The notes: generated by a model not told the origin, from the sequence alone. DNA of 52,445 bases from Candidatus Omnitrophota bacterium (GCA_018895075.1 JAHIOW010000042.1:1-52445); one strand, 5' to 3'; shown: positions 37,244 through 49,042, counted from the first letter of the stretch. A program made the numbers and translations.

Positions 37244-37310
37244 TGTTAAATGTTTAATGTACTATGTTTAATGTTTTAACATTAAACTTTAAACATTAAA
37301 CTTTAAACTA
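37244..37310. repeat. Inverted heptamer array (TGTTTAA)n/(TTAAACA)n, copy 1
   Basis: 28 bp at 37250-37277 are identical to 49055-49082. Confidence 0.8.
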
Positions 37311-37413
37311 TTTGTTCATCCAGGGCATTGATTTAGCCGTGCCTCTGGCGTTTACGGCTAAATCACACTTTGCTCTGCAAAGTGCATATCCCTTATTTCT
37401 TCATCCAGGGCAT
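37308..37413. mobile_element. 64-bp double-hairpin insert flanked by a 21-bp duplication of the ilvC 3' end
   Basis: 37308-37328 and 37393-37413 match at 19/21. Hairpins TGATTTAGCCGT/ACGGCTAAATCA and CACTTTGC/GCAAAGTG. Confidence 0.7.
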
Positions 37414-38385
37414 CATCTGGCGTAACTCCTGCCCCACTTTTTCTATTTGGTGTTCGTCGCCCTCTTTCAACAATCTATTAAAATTAGGCCTGCCTGCCTC
37501 ATTCTCCTTAATCCATTCCCTGGCAAATTTACCGCTCTGTATCTGTTTTAATATTTTCTTCATTTCTCGACGGGTTCTTTCTGTAATAATTCTCCTGCCC
37601 CGAGTTAAATCTCCATAGCAAGCGGTATTAGAGACGCGTCTGCGCATGCCAGAAATGCCTGTCTCCTGAATCAAATCAGTAATCAATTTTAATTCATGCA
37701 ACACTTCAAAATAAGCAATCTCCGGCTGATAACCTGCCTCTATCAGGGTATCAAACCCTGCTTTTATTAATTCGGTTACCCCGCCGCATAAAACCGCCTG
37801 CTCCCCAAAAAGGTCGGTCTCTGTCTCTTCTTTAAAAGTAGTCTCAATGACCCCGGCCTTAGTTGCGCCTAGCGCCTTAGCATAAGCCAAAGCCAATTTT
37901 AGGGCCTCTCCTGTAGCGTCTTGAAATACCGCCACCAACGAAGGTACGCCTTTGCCCTCTTCATACATCTTCCTGACCAGAGCGCCTGGGCCTTTAGGCG
38001 CAACCATAAATACATCCACTTTTTTAGGTGGTTTTATCTGTTTAAAATGGATATTAAAACCGTGGGAAAAACACAGGGCTTTTCCTTTTTTTAAGACGGG
38101 CTTGATAGACTCCTTGTAAACCTTGGCCTGCATATGGTCCTGGGTAAGTATCTGTATAATGTCCGCGCTTTTTGCTGCCTCATCTGCTGAGACAGGGATA
38201 AATCCGTCTCTTTTTGCCTGCTCGCAGTTCGGCGTTCCCTCCAGTTCTGAAATAACTACCTTGCATCCTGAATCGCGCAGGCATAAAGACTGCCCTCTTC
38301 CCTGGATACCATAACCGATAATGGCAATGGCCTTATCCTTTAATAGATTTAAATCCGCATCATTATCATAGTAAATCTTCACCAT
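37393..38385 (-). CDS. ilvC: Ketol-acid reductoisomerase
   Basis: [41 protein letters not shown]. Confidence 0.97.
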   Translation of the reverse strand: MVKIYYDNDADLNLLKDKAIAIIGYGIQGRGQSLCLRDSGCKVVISELEGTPNCEQAKRDGFIPVSADEAAKSADIIQILTQDHMQAKVYKESIKPVLKKGKALCFSHGFNIHFKQIKPPKKVDVFMVAPKGPGALVRKMYEEGKGVPSLVAVFQDATGEALKLALAYAKALGATKAGVIETTFKEETETDLFGEQAVLCGGVTELIKAGFDTLIEAGYQPEIAYFEVLHELKLITDLIQETGISGMRRRVSNTACYGDLTRGRRIITERTRREMKKILKQIQSGKFAREWIKENEAGRPNFNRLLKEGDEHQIEKVGQELRQMMPWMKK

Positions 38386-38396
38386 CCTATACCTCC

Positions 38397-38873
38397 TTAA
38401 GGTGAGCCCATGGCAATCCTGCCGGTCCTTACCAGTTCTTTAACTCCGAACTTATTCAATGCCTCAAGTAACTCCTTAATCTGCCCCTGCTCACCCACTG
38501 CTTCAATAACCGCAGTATCGCCCTTGGCTTTAATCAACTTTGCTGCATATTTATTTAAGATACCTTCTAATCTGTTTTTTTCCTTGGCAGAATAATTAAC
38601 CTTGGCTAAGATAAGCTCCCTATCCACATGTTCTCTTTTAGTAAAGTCAGTAACCGTGACTATATCTATAAGTTTATTGAGTTGTTTCTTTATCTGCTCC
38701 AGTATCTTTTCGTCTTCTGCCTCCACCACCATAGTCATATAAGAAATATCCGGATCCAGCGTTTCAGAAACTGCCAGAGACGCGATGTTATAACCCCGGG
38801 CGCTGAACAACCCGGCGATACGCGCCAGCACTCCCGGTTTATTTTCTACTAATACTGATATTGTATGCCTCAC
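38397..38873 (-). CDS. ilvN: Acetolactate synthase small subunit
   Basis: [39 protein letters not shown]. Confidence 0.94.
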   Translation of the reverse strand: MRHTISVLVENKPGVLARIAGLFSARGYNIASLAVSETLDPDISYMTMVVEAEDEKILEQIKKQLNKLIDIVTVTDFTKREHVDRELILAKVNYSAKEKNRLEGILNKYAAKLIKAKGDTAVIEAVGEQGQIKELLEALNKFGVKELVRTGRIAMGSP

Positions 38874-40538
38874 TTAAGCCATGCCTCCAATCATCCTGTT
38901 TATCGCCTCTCCTGCCGGAACCATAGGATAGACATTCTCTTCGGGCTCAATATGAAAGTCAATAAAGACAACGTTATCTGTAGAAATCGCCTTTTCAATT
39001 GCCGGGCGCACCTCTTCATTCCTGGTTACCTTGATACCCACCCCGCCATAACTTTCTGCCAACTTTACAAAATCAGGATTATAAATACAGGTATGGGAGT
39101 AACGCTTCTTATAAAATAACTCCTGCCACTGCCTGACCATCCCCAAATAACCATTATTTAATATCGCTACCTTCACATTTATTTTGTTGCAGACACAAGT
39201 GGCTAATTCCTGTATATTCATCTGGATTGAGCCATCTCCGGCAATATCAAATACTATTTTCCCCGGAAAACCCACTTTAGCGCCCATTGCCGCCGGAAAA
39301 CCAAAACCCATAGTCCCCAACCCGCCTGATGAAATAAAAGTACGGGGTGCAGTATATTTATACCACTGCGCTGCCCACATCTGATTCTGGCCGACCTCGG
39401 TAGTAATAATCGCCTCACCCTTAGTGGCCTCGTAAATCTGCTCAATCACATATTGCGGTTTAATTTTTCCTTTGTTTTCATAACTTAAAGGGTGCTTTTT
39501 CTTCCAGGCCTCCACAGCCTTAAGCCAGTCCGCAGTATCCGGGGCCTGCCCAAGCTCTTCCAACAGTTGTCCTAAGACATTCTTGGCATCGCCTACGATG
39601 GGCACATCCACCTTAACATTCTTGCTGATAGAAGCAGGGTCAATATCAATATGGATAATCTTAGCGTGCGGGGCAAAGGTATCAAGTTTTCCGGTAACTC
39701 GGTCATCAAAACGGGCACCTACGGCAATAATCAAATCCGAATCCATGATGGCGTGATTGGCATAAGCAGTGCCATGCATCCCCAGCATCCCCAAGGAAAA
39801 CGGGTGTGTCCCGGGGAATCCGCCTAAACCCATAAGCGTCATAGTTACCGGCGCCTGAATCTTCTCCGCTAATTTTTGCAGTTGTTCATGCGCCCCTGAG
39901 GTAATAATCCCTCCGCCGGCGTAGATAATTGGTTTTTTAGAAGAGGTAATTAGTTTTGCGGCTTTTTTAATCTGGCCAGGATGGCCAAAGTAGGTGGGTT
40001 TATAACTGCGGATATTTATTTCTTCTGGCCAGATAAATTCTGCCTCTGGCTGCTGGACATCAACAGGAACATCAATTAAAACTGGGCCGGGCCTGCCGGT
40101 TGAAGCGATATGAAATGCCTCCCTGACAATCCGGGCTAAATCCTTGACATCTTTAACCAGGTAATTATGTTTGGTTATCGGCCGGGTTATGCCGGTAACA
40201 TCTGCCTCTTGAAAGGCGTCATTGCCGATTAAGAAAGTCTTGACCTGTCCAGTAATGGCTACAATAGCTACAGAATCCATATAGGCATTGGCAATGCCTG
40301 TAGTCAGATTAGTTGCCCCTGGGCCTGAGGTAGCAATACAAACTCCGACTTTACCGGTTGCACGGGCATACCCGTCAGCAGCGTGCGCCGCTGCCTGTTC
40401 ATGGCGAGTAAGTATAAACTTGATGTCAGAATCATAGAGTTTATCAAATAAGGGTAAAACCGAGCCGCCGGGATAACCAAATATCACCTGCACGCCTTCG
40501 CGCTTCAAACACTCAATTAATATTTCTGCACCCGTCAT
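38874..40538 (-). CDS. ilvB: Acetolactate synthase large subunit
   Basis: [41 protein letters not shown]. Confidence 0.97.
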   Translation of the reverse strand: MTGAEILIECLKREGVQVIFGYPGGSVLPLFDKLYDSDIKFILTRHEQAAAHAADGYARATGKVGVCIATSGPGATNLTTGIANAYMDSVAIVAITGQVKTFLIGNDAFQEADVTGITRPITKHNYLVKDVKDLARIVREAFHIASTGRPGPVLIDVPVDVQQPEAEFIWPEEINIRSYKPTYFGHPGQIKKAAKLITSSKKPIIYAGGGIITSGAHEQLQKLAEKIQAPVTMTLMGLGGFPGTHPFSLGMLGMHGTAYANHAIMDSDLIIAVGARFDDRVTGKLDTFAPHAKIIHIDIDPASISKNVKVDVPIVGDAKNVLGQLLEELGQAPDTADWLKAVEAWKKKHPLSYENKGKIKPQYVIEQIYEATKGEAIITTEVGQNQMWAAQWYKYTAPRTFISSGGLGTMGFGFPAAMGAKVGFPGKIVFDIAGDGSIQMNIQELATCVCNKINVKVAILNNGYLGMVRQWQELFYKKRYSHTCIYNPDFVKLAESYGGVGIKVTRNEEVRPAIEKAISTDNVVFIDFHIEPEENVYPMVPAGEAINRMIGGMA

Positions 40539-42187
40539 TGAAGAACAGCTCCTTTATCCGCAGAACTAACCATCTTAGAGTAACGCCTCAGATAGCCTGT
40601 TTTAATCTTGGGCGCGACTGGTTTCCAAGCCCTAAATCTTTTTTCTATTTCAGGCTTTGTTAATTTAACCTCTAGTTTCCTGTTAGGTATATCTATGGTA
40701 ATTATATCACCGTCCTTTAATATGGCAATAGGGCCGCCACTGGCTGCCTCAGGAGAGATATGGCCAATACAAGGGCCCTTTGTGCCGCCGGAAAACCTAC
40801 CATCAGTAATTAAGGCTACGGATTCAGCCAACCCCATACCCACGATGCTGGATGTAGGAGCAAGCATCTCGCGCATACCCGGCCCACCAGCCGGGCCTTC
40901 ATAGCGGATAACAATAACCTCTCCTTTTTTTATTTTTCTACCTGAGATTGCCTTCATTGCCTCCTCTTCCCGGTTAAACACCCTCGCCCTTCCTTGAAAT
41001 CTCATCATCTTTGGGCTTACTGCTGACTGTTTCACCACTGCGCCCTCGGGAGCCAGATTACCAAACAAGACCGCGATACCCCCCTGTTTATGATAAGCGC
41101 GGCTAAGTGGCCGGATTACTTCCTCATTAGAGATTTCAGCTGTATTGGCAATATCAAATATTCTCCTGCCGCTTAAGGTCATTGTATTATTTAACTTACC
41201 CTTCAATCTCTTAAGCACTGCGGGAATACCACCAGCATATTCTAAATCCTCCATAAAATATGAGCCTGCCGGTTCTAAGTTTGTAATATGCGGCGTATTT
41301 TTGCTTATCTTATCAAAAGTTTTAAGGTCCAATTTTATTCCTGCCTCATGCGCAATTGCCATCAGATGCAAAACTGTGTTACTGGAACCACCCAAAGCCA
41401 TATCTACTACAATAGTATTCTCTAAAGATTTTCTGTTAATAATCTTTAAAGGACTGATATTTTTTTTGACCAACTCTACAATGCGCTGTCCGCTGGCCTG
41501 GGCGATCCTGCGCTTCTTGGCAGAAACTGCCAAGCTAGTTGCACAACCAGTCAAAGACATCCCCATGGTCTCAGTAATACAGGCCATGGTATTGGCAGTA
41601 TATAACCCCTGGCATGAACCTACCCCTGGACAGGCCTCCATTTCTAGACAGAGAAGTTCCTCCCTGGAAATTTGGCCTTTTTTTGCCCGGGCCAATGCCT
41701 CAAATGTATCATGCACAAAGGCAAGTTTCCTTTGTCGCAAGCGCCCGGAAAGCATGGGCCCGGCAGTAACAATGATTGCCGGAATATTCAGGCGCGCTGC
41801 TGCCATGAGCATTCCCGGGGTAATCTTATCGCAATTAGTCAGGCAGACAATGCCGTCTAACTGATGGGCATTGACCACCGTCTCAATACTATCTGCTATC
41901 AATTCTCTTAAGGCCAGAGGATAACACATCCCCAGATGCCCCATGGCAATACCATCGCAGACACCCGGCACACCGAAGAAAAAAGGCACGCCGCCGGCAT
42001 AACAAATCCCGCGCTCAATAAAACGTTCTAAGTCCCGCATCCCGATATGGCCGGGGATTAAATCCGTAAAAGAACTGGCCACGCCGATAAACGGCCTATC
42101 CAGATCTTTTCTGCTTAAACCTGTAGCGTGCAGGAGCGCGCGGTGCGGAACACGTTCTAAACCCTTTTTGATTTTATCTGAACGCAT
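40535..42187 (-). CDS. ilvD: Dihydroxy-acid dehydratase
   Basis: [39 protein letters not shown]. Confidence 0.97.
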   Translation of the reverse strand: MRSDKIKKGLERVPHRALLHATGLSRKDLDRPFIGVASSFTDLIPGHIGMRDLERFIERGICYAGGVPFFFGVPGVCDGIAMGHLGMCYPLALRELIADSIETVVNAHQLDGIVCLTNCDKITPGMLMAAARLNIPAIIVTAGPMLSGRLRQRKLAFVHDTFEALARAKKGQISREELLCLEMEACPGVGSCQGLYTANTMACITETMGMSLTGCATSLAVSAKKRRIAQASGQRIVELVKKNISPLKIINRKSLENTIVVDMALGGSSNTVLHLMAIAHEAGIKLDLKTFDKISKNTPHITNLEPAGSYFMEDLEYAGGIPAVLKRLKGKLNNTMTLSGRRIFDIANTAEISNEEVIRPLSRAYHKQGGIAVLFGNLAPEGAVVKQSAVSPKMMRFQGRARVFNREEEAMKAISGRKIKKGEVIVIRYEGPAGGPGMREMLAPTSSIVGMGLAESVALITDGRFSGGTKGPCIGHISPEAASGGPIAILKDGDIITIDIPNRKLEVKLTKPEIEKRFRAWKPVAPKIKTGYLRRYSKMVSSADKGAVLQ

Positions 42188-42209
42188 TATTTTTCTCCTT
42201 CTTTCTTTT

Positions 42210-43541
42210 TTAATCTGCCCCTTCAGTATCGCGTTCTATTGCTTTTACTTCCTGGTTTTTGCGCCTACGAATAATAACGCGTTTTAAAGTTACAAATTCC
42301 TCCACTAACTCTTTATTATTTATAGAATTCAGTTGTTTAAAGAGGAAATCGAACTTCTCCTCAATCTCGCCGCTAATGGCATCTCTTATATCCTGAGTGA
42401 GGCCGGTAATCTCTTTCTTAAAAGCCCCTAATGCCTTTTTGCGCGTCTTATAGATAAATTGTTCTTCGGTTTCGCCTTCTTTCTTTTCGCTTGCGCAGTT
42501 AACTTTTAACCAATCATAAATCCTGTTTTTCAAGTCCTGGGGAAAATGTTTACTTTCATAAACCATATTCTGGAATTCAGTGGCTAAGTGCACTTCGGCA
42601 GTTTCGCACTCCACAAATTTATGAAACGCCTCAGGCGGCAGGGTAGAAGCGCCGTGCTGGACTGCGCCGGACAAGCTAAACTCCTCGCGGGCAATCTTAG
42701 AGAGGCTCTTTAAGGTATCAAAATCTAATTTTACCTGGGCTACTGTGCCGTCCGGTAAAACCACGCCGCCGTGGGCAGTGCCTGTCTGGACACTTATCTT
42801 ACTGATACCTAAACGGCCCTTACGCAGCCTCTTGGAGTATCCTTGCATAAATGCGCGTAATTCCTCGGGTGTCGAGTTCTTTCCGCCTACCTCGCCAATC
42901 TCGCCCCCCACGGATACTTCTATACCGCGGGGTTGAATCTGGCGTATAAACTGTGTTAACCTGGCACAGACATCATAATTGAGATACTGCTGTTTCTTTA
43001 TATCGACTTTCTCCAAATCCACCAGAGTCGATGAGTCAATATCAATATTATAGAACCCTGACTCAATAGCCTCGCTGATTAAATTTTTTAAACCCTCTAT
43101 TTCCTTATCCGAGTTCTCTTTAAACTTTTTGGCATTGACCTGGAAATGATCACCCTGAATAAAAACCGCACCGGAAAAATTCTCTTTTATTGCCGCAGCC
43201 AAGACTGCGCTGGAATATTCTACAGGCGGCTGATCAGTATAGCCAATCTCTGACTTGGCAATTTCAAAAATGAATGCGCCAGAATTGTTTTTCTTGGCCA
43301 CCCTGAATATTGCCCGCGCCAGATCATAGGTCATGCCTCTTAAATTTATGGCCGGAACGGTAAAACCGCTCAATTTACCCTCACCCCGCGCCTGATAAAG
43401 TTGGTTCATGCTAGAAAGGTAAATCCCTTTTTTATAGGCGATATTAAGGATCTTTTTAGCCAAGTCTCTCTTAATGCTTAAATTATCGCTTAAGACTAAT
43501 TCCCGGAGAATTTTATCAATATCCAAAGGCCTCCTGCCCAT
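42210..43541 (-). CDS. Class II ketose-bisphosphate (fructose-bisphosphate) aldolase family protein
   Basis: [34 protein letters not shown]; follows pfkA. Confidence 0.85.
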   Translation of the reverse strand: MGRRPLDIDKILRELVLSDNLSIKRDLAKKILNIAYKKGIYLSSMNQLYQARGEGKLSGFTVPAINLRGMTYDLARAIFRVAKKNNSGAFIFEIAKSEIGYTDQPPVEYSSAVLAAAIKENFSGAVFIQGDHFQVNAKKFKENSDKEIEGLKNLISEAIESGFYNIDIDSSTLVDLEKVDIKKQQYLNYDVCARLTQFIRQIQPRGIEVSVGGEIGEVGGKNSTPEELRAFMQGYSKRLRKGRLGISKISVQTGTAHGGVVLPDGTVAQVKLDFDTLKSLSKIAREEFSLSGAVQHGASTLPPEAFHKFVECETAEVHLATEFQNMVYESKHFPQDLKNRIYDWLKVNCASEKKEGETEEQFIYKTRKKALGAFKKEITGLTQDIRDAISGEIEEKFDFLFKQLNSINNKELVEEFVTLKRVIIRRRKNQEVKAIERDTEGAD

Positions 43542-43558
43542 AAAAAACAGTCTCCTTT

Positions 43559-44539
43559 CTATGTTAATATCTTAATCAAACGATAGAAATTATCTACCTT
43601 TAATTCCTTCTTGGTTACGGCAAATTCTAAATCCACCACATTAATATCATCTGAGATTACTCCTACTGCCTTGCCATTCTGGCCATTCATTAATAATTCT
43701 ACAGCCGCTGCGCCTAAGCGCGTGGCCAAGATCCTATCCCTGGCAGTAGGGATGCCACCTCTTTGTATATGGCCTAAAACCACTTCCCGTGTTTCCAATC
43801 CCGTCATCTCAGTAATTTTTTTTGCAATATCTTGGGCCTTGGCTATCTGCCCGTCCGGCAAGTGAGCACCCTCAGCTACGATAATAATCCAACTAACCTT
43901 GCCGCGAATATTGCCTTCTACTATCTCATCGCACATCCGCGGGAAATCAAATTTTTTCTCGGGCAAAAGAACTTCTTCTGCGCCACCACCCAGAGCAACC
44001 TGCAAGGCGATAAAACCATACTCTCTGCCCATTACTTCAATCACAAAAATCCTCTCCATTGAAGTAGAGGTATCTCTTATCTTGTCAATCGCCTCTAAGG
44101 CAGTATTTACTGCTGTATCGCAACCTATGGCGGAATCCGTTCCATTTAAATCATTATCGATTGTTCCGGGGATACCAATACAACTTAGATGCCATTTTTT
44201 TACCAGTTCTATACCGCCGCGGTATGTCCCATCACCGCCGATTAAAACCAGGCCGTCTATCTTATTCTTTTTTATCGCCTGGACTGCCCGGCGCTGGCCT
44301 TCTTCAGTTAAAAATTCATCGCAGCGTGCGGTTTTCAGCATCGTGCCGCCGCGATTGATAATATTAGAAACAGAACGGTGATTAAGTTCTTTCAATTCTT
44401 CGTTGATCAGGCCGGCATAACCACGAAATATACCTATCACCTCTATTTTATTATGCACAGCGTAACGCACCACGCTGCGTATAGCAGCATTCATTCCCGG
44501 CGCATCGCCGCCTGAAGTTAAAACTCCGATACGCTTCAT
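43559..44539 (-). CDS. pfkA: 6-phosphofructokinase
   Basis: TSGGDAPGMN, GGDGT, PGTIDND, EVMGR, LGHIQRGG. ATG overlaps the ahcY stop (ATGA). Confidence 0.96.
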   Translation of the reverse strand: MKRIGVLTSGGDAPGMNAAIRSVVRYAVHNKIEVIGIFRGYAGLINEELKELNHRSVSNIINRGGTMLKTARCDEFLTEEGQRRAVQAIKKNKIDGLVLIGGDGTYRGGIELVKKWHLSCIGIPGTIDNDLNGTDSAIGCDTAVNTALEAIDKIRDTSTSMERIFVIEVMGREYGFIALQVALGGGAEEVLLPEKKFDFPRMCDEIVEGNIRGKVSWIIIVAEGAHLPDGQIAKAQDIAKKITEMTGLETREVVLGHIQRGGIPTARDRILATRLGAAAVELLMNGQNGKAVGVISDDINVVDLEFAVTKKELKVDNFYRLIKILT

Positions 44540-47067
44540 GTGCCTATCTCCCAACTACAAAGATACTTTTTCTGCTCTTTAGTCAGGACATCTATCTTGA
44601 TATTCATAGATTCTAATTTCAGCCTGGCAATATCGGCATCAATTTCCTCAGGAACCTTATAAACCTCATTTCTTAATCCCTGGTGGAACTTGACAATATG
44701 CTCGACGCTTAAGGCCTGGTTGGCAAACGACATATCCATCACCTGCGCAGGATGGCCTTCTGCTGCCGCCAGATTTATGAGGCGCCCTTCGCCTAATAGG
44801 TAAATCCTGCGGCCGCCTTTTTTTAATCTATATTCATCTACAAAATCGCGAATGCGCCTTTTATTCCTGCTTAACTTCTCTAATGCCGGTATATCTATCT
44901 CTACATTAAAGTGTCCGGCATTAGCCACAATTGCGCCGTCTTTCATCGAGAGGAAATGTTCCCTGCGGATTACGCTTGCGTCGCCGGTGGTAGTCACAAA
45001 GATATCGCCGCATTTTGCCGCATCAGATATGCGCATCACCCCAAAACCATCCATAACCGCTTCTAAACCCCTGAGGGGTGAGACCTCAACCACAATAACC
45101 TGCGCACCCATCCCCTTTGCCCGCATGGCCACCCCTTTACCGCAATTATGAACTAATATACCATTTGCTACAAAACTATTAACCTTACTTACTTCTATGT
45201 CATAAATTTCTTCTTTTTCTTCTAATTTTCTTACTGACTCTAATGGAATCAATTTATAATCGTTATTAATGATTGCTCTTAATGCATCTAACAGCTTATC
45301 ATTAAGATTTGAATATTTATAATCTAAAATCCTTTTTGCTACTTCCTTCGAAATTCTTTTTTTACCATTTATATTAATCACTTTTGCATCTTCTCTACTA
45401 ACCACAACTTTGTACCTCATGTTTATCTTTCTTATAATTTCTTTGAAGTAAGGAATGCTGTCGTATTTATCAATACCTCTTGTATTTTCAAGGCCACTTA
45501 ACTCTCTTTGTTTTCTTTCCAATGAAAAACCTATTTTTTTCTTAAATATCTTTCTTGATTCTAATCCTTTTATGACCAATTCATAGCCAGATTTTGTAAC
45601 ATAAGAACAATTATCTATATTTGCAACTCGACTCCTTCTTTCTATGATGTGAGAATGTATGCCGTAATTCATTAATAGAATCTGCGTCTGTTCTATCAAC
45701 TTTTTACTGGAAGAAGATAGTCCAACAACACAGATTCTTTTACCTTTTTTCTTTCTCACCCATCCATCTGTATCAAAAAGACCCCTCAAGAAATTAGAAA
45801 CTATTTTTTCTTTAGCGGAAAAAATCGGCTCAGGTATAACTTTTTGAAAAGATTTCAGATAACCCAAGTTCAATTTAACTAATAAGTCTCTAAATTTTGT
45901 GGAATATATATCTAAATATAAGTTACTCCTGCAATCTCCTATATGAAACTTTAATTTACTTAAAGCATTTTTAAAATGTTCTTTATCTTTAGAGCTACAG
46001 GCCAGAGATACTGATCGCTTCTTTGTTACTGTCCCGTCACCAATTAAACAACCCAAAATGTAAAACAAGTCTTCGGATTTAAAACTAAAGCCGTATTTTT
46101 TAATTAAATTACTATAATCGTTTTTCCCCCATCCATTTTTATTTTTACATACAACAATATTGTCTCCCGGTATTAAATTTTCTACTTTCTTATATCTAAA
46201 GCCATCTTCCGCAAAAACTAAAACTTCGTGTTCCTTAGTTGCTCTAATACTATAACCGTCTTTTGTTTTTACCTTATAGAGCTCTTTTACTCCTTTATGA
46301 AATTTATTTACTACCTTACCATAGCCATTAAAACCTACTACCGTATCCCCAATCTCTATATCTTTTATGTCCTTAATGCCGTGGTAAGTAAATATCTTTG
46401 TATCTTTAGCAAGACACCAGCCATAACCGCAGACTACAAATTTGGAACCAGCTAATAATTTGTTAGTGGCGCGGATTATTCCATCTACGGTTGATTGTCC
46501 GGTGCCATAACGGTTATCAAATAGATGTTTGGTTTGAGCGTCATTTACCGCGATTATAGGATAACGCAACTTTCCCTGCTCTGCCAAGGCCCTTAACCTG
46601 ATTACGCCTGTAGTTGTCTCCTCGGTTCCACCGATAATATTATGGTGCATAGAAACCTGTCGCTGATGGATAGTGCTAACTAAATCTGCCCCATCATCCA
46701 TGGTAATACCAGGTTTAAATGCCAATACGGATTTAATATGTTGATAATAAGTTTTAGTATCTTCGCCTTTAATGGCGAAACAGGCAATTCTAAGCTTCTT
46801 TACCAAAGATGATGCTACATCATCCTGCGTAGATAAAGGGTTAGATGCACAAAGAGATAGATGCGCGCCGCCTGCCTTTAATACCTCCATTAAAACCCCT
46901 GTCTCGGTAGTAACGTGCAGACAGCAGGCTATCTTGATGCCTTTTAAGGGTTTCTCTTTTTTAAAACGCGTGGCAATCAAACCAAGCACAGGCATATTAT
47001 TACCTGCCCATTCAATGCGTAATGCTCCCTTCTTGGCCAGTTTTATATCTTTGATATCATAACTCAT
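44536..47067 (-). CDS. ahcY: Adenosylhomocysteinase precursor containing a 424-aa intein
   Basis: CLHVTTET, SNPLSTQD, EETTTG, KHLFDNRYGTGQS, GYGW|intein|CGKG, GHFNVEID, GRLINL..AEGHP. Exteins are 217 + 202 = 419 aa. Confidence 0.96.
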   Translation of the reverse strand: MSYDIKDIKLAKKGALRIEWAGNNMPVLGLIATRFKKEKPLKGIKIACCLHVTTETGVLMEVLKAGGAHLSLCASNPLSTQDDVASSLVKKLRIACFAIKGEDTKTYYQHIKSVLAFKPGITMDDGADLVSTIHQRQVSMHHNIIGGTEETTTGVIRLRALAEQGKLRYPIIAVNDAQTKHLFDNRYGTGQSTVDGIIRATNKLLAGSKFVVCGYGWCLAKDTKIFTYHGIKDIKDIEIGDTVVGFNGYGKVVNKFHKGVKELYKVKTKDGYSIRATKEHEVLVFAEDGFRYKKVENLIPGDNIVVCKNKNGWGKNDYSNLIKKYGFSFKSEDLFYILGCLIGDGTVTKKRSVSLACSSKDKEHFKNALSKLKFHIGDCRSNLYLDIYSTKFRDLLVKLNLGYLKSFQKVIPEPIFSAKEKIVSNFLRGLFDTDGWVRKKKGKRICVVGLSSSSKKLIEQTQILLMNYGIHSHIIERRSRVANIDNCSYVTKSGYELVIKGLESRKIFKKKIGFSLERKQRELSGLENTRGIDKYDSIPYFKEIIRKINMRYKVVVSREDAKVININGKKRISKEVAKRILDYKYSNLNDKLLDALRAIINNDYKLIPLESVRKLEEKEEIYDIEVSKVNSFVANGILVHNCGKGVAMRAKGMGAQVIVVEVSPLRGLEAVMDGFGVMRISDAAKCGDIFVTTTGDASVIRREHFLSMKDGAIVANAGHFNVEIDIPALEKLSRNKRRIRDFVDEYRLKKGGRRIYLLGEGRLINLAAAEGHPAQVMDMSFANQALSVEHIVKFHQGLRNEVYKVPEEIDADIARLKLESMNIKIDVLTKEQKKYLCSWEIGT
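45145..46416 (-). mobile_element. Intein with LAGLIDADG homing endonuclease
   Basis: Starts CLAKDT, block B ATKEH, LAGLIDADG blocks LGCLIGDG and FLRGLFDTDG, block F IYDIEV..NSFVANG, ends VHN followed by Cys+1. AT-rich relative to the exteins. Confidence 0.96.
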
Positions 47068-47080
47068 AAAGACTCCTTAT

Positions 47081-48250
47081 TTATAATCTCTTTGCCTGTT
47101 TTTTCAACTCCTGGGCCTTGTCTGTTGCCTCCCAGCTAAATTCAGGTTCTGTCCTGCCAAAATGCCCATAGCAGGCAGTCTTTCTGTATATCGGACGCAA
47201 AAGGTCCAAAGACTTAATCATCCCCTGGGGCGTCAGCTCGAAGTTCTGCCGGATAAGTTTTACGAATGCGGTTTCAGAAATCTTACCAGTGCCAAAGGTA
47301 TCTACCATTATCGCTAATGGGTCAGCCCGGCCAATAACATAAGCCATGTGTATCAGGCATTTATCTGCCAGGCCACTAGCCACAATATTCTTGGCAATAT
47401 ATCTGGCCATATAGGCTGCTGAACGGTCTACCTTGGTGGGGTCTTTACCTGAAAAAGCACCCCCGCCTGGCGCCGCAGTTCCGCCATAGGTATCCACCAC
47501 AATCTTTCTTCCGGTCATACCTGTATCAGACTGCGGGCCGCCAATGACAAACTTACCTGTTTCATTGACATAGTATTTTGTATCTTTAGTAAGGTATTCC
47601 TTTAATACTGGCTTGGCAATAATATCGATCAACTCCTGGCGCGCTTTTTTGGTAATCCTTTCTTTTGTGGAATCTAATATATCTTCAGTGTGCTGGCAGG
47701 CCAAGACACAGGAATCCACTTTTTTAGGCCGGCCATCATGATATTCTACGCTTACCTGAGATTTACAATCAGGGCCGAGATATTTTAATAGCCCCTCTCT
47801 CCTGACCTGGGCTAGGCGTCGGACTAACTTATGGGCAAGCATTATAGGTAAGGGCATAAGTTCCTCAGTCTCACGGCAGGCAAAACCTATCATAAACCCC
47901 TGATCGCCAGCGCCACCGGCATTAACACCCTGAGCGATATCAGGAGATTGGCTATGGATAGTATTGATGATAGCGCAGGTATGATAATCAAAACCGTATC
48001 TGGGATGAATGTAACCTATTTCTTTTAATAAATTGCGGGTAAGGTTATGCACATCTACATAGCCTGTGGTCGTAATCTCTCCGCCCACAATCAAAAGCCC
48101 CATGGTCACATACGTCTCACAGGCCACCCGACCATAAGGGTCCTGCCTTAAGACATCATCCAGCACCGTGTCGGAGATCTGATCGCAGACCTTATCCGGA
48201 TGGCCTTCTCCTACTGACTCTGAAGTAAAAAGGTATTTATGTGCTGACAT
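47081..48250 (-). CDS. metK: S-adenosylmethionine synthetase
   Basis: [50 protein letters not shown]. Confidence 0.98.
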   Translation of the reverse strand: MSAHKYLFTSESVGEGHPDKVCDQISDTVLDDVLRQDPYGRVACETYVTMGLLIVGGEITTTGYVDVHNLTRNLLKEIGYIHPRYGFDYHTCAIINTIHSQSPDIAQGVNAGGAGDQGFMIGFACRETEELMPLPIMLAHKLVRRLAQVRREGLLKYLGPDCKSQVSVEYHDGRPKKVDSCVLACQHTEDILDSTKERITKKARQELIDIIAKPVLKEYLTKDTKYYVNETGKFVIGGPQSDTGMTGRKIVVDTYGGTAAPGGGAFSGKDPTKVDRSAAYMARYIAKNIVASGLADKCLIHMAYVIGRADPLAIMVDTFGTGKISETAFVKLIRQNFELTPQGMIKSLDLLRPIYRKTACYGHFGRTEPEFSWEATDKAQELKKQAKRL

Positions 48251-48301
48251 AGCGCTTACTCCTTTTTATTGTTGATATATAAATTATTCTCCATTGCCTC
48301 A

Positions 48302-49042
48302 TCAATTTGCAAATGCCTCTTGGGCCTCTTTATAAAAGTTGTGGTGGCCGATATCGTACCAACGCCCCTGGAATACATACCCGTAAACCGCAACCTTTCT
48401 CCTTAGCCAATCTATGTATAAACCTGTAGCATCATGTTCGTTGGCCCTGGCATCTATATATTCCTTGATCATCCCTAATCTCTCTTTAAAAAAATAATAA
48501 AGGCACATTGCTACTAAGGTTGAATCCGGGCTTTTGGGTTTTTCCTTAAAATCAACAATCTTATTGTTTTTATTGAGTTTAATCACGCCGTATTTCTTGG
48601 CCATGCCTCTATCATTTATATTATAAACACCGATCGCCGGATTTGGTTTATTCCTCCTGGCAAAAGATAAAAAGCCCTTTAAATCATCGTCAAATAGGTT
48701 ATCGCCGCCAATAACCAATAAATCATCTTTAATGCCTTTTTTTACTATGGCGAAATGCATATCGCCAATTGCCCCGCGCTTCTGGCCTTCACCCTTAGTC
48801 AAATCATCTATTATGGTTATGCGCTTCTTAAGCTTTAGGTTTTTCGCCCATTTTTTAAATCTGGATATAAATTTGCTGTTTGTAATTACGATAATCTCAT
48901 CTAGCTCGCCCAGGTTTTTCAGTTTATCTATGATATAATCTATTATAGGTTTTTGACCGATCTTAAGCAGCGGCTTAGGATATTTTTTGGTTAAAGGATA
49001 TAGCCGCGTGGCATAACCCGCCGCTAATATCAATGCCTTCAT
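48302..49042 (-). CDS. Sugar-phosphate nucleotidyltransferase family protein
   Basis: ILAAGYATRLYPLT..PKPLL, GDN, F.EKP, WYDIG. Confidence 0.9.
   Translation of the reverse strand: MKALILAAGYATRLYPLTKKYPKPLLKIGQKPIIDYIIDKLKNLGELDEIIVITNSKFISRFKKWAKNLKLKKRITIIDDLTKGEGQKRGAIGDMHFAIVKKGIKDDLLVIGGDNLFDDDLKGFLSFARRNKPNPAIGVYNINDRGMAKKYGVIKLNKNNKIVDFKEKPKSPDSTLVAMCLYYFFKERLGMIKEYIDARANEHDATGLYIDWLRRKVAVYGYVFQGRWYDIGHHNFYKEAQEAFAN

Noticed and set aside
48251-48301. SAM or SAH riboswitch upstream of metK or ahcY
   Set aside because: The spacers are only 51 and 13 nt, AT-rich, and show no aptamer-like structure.
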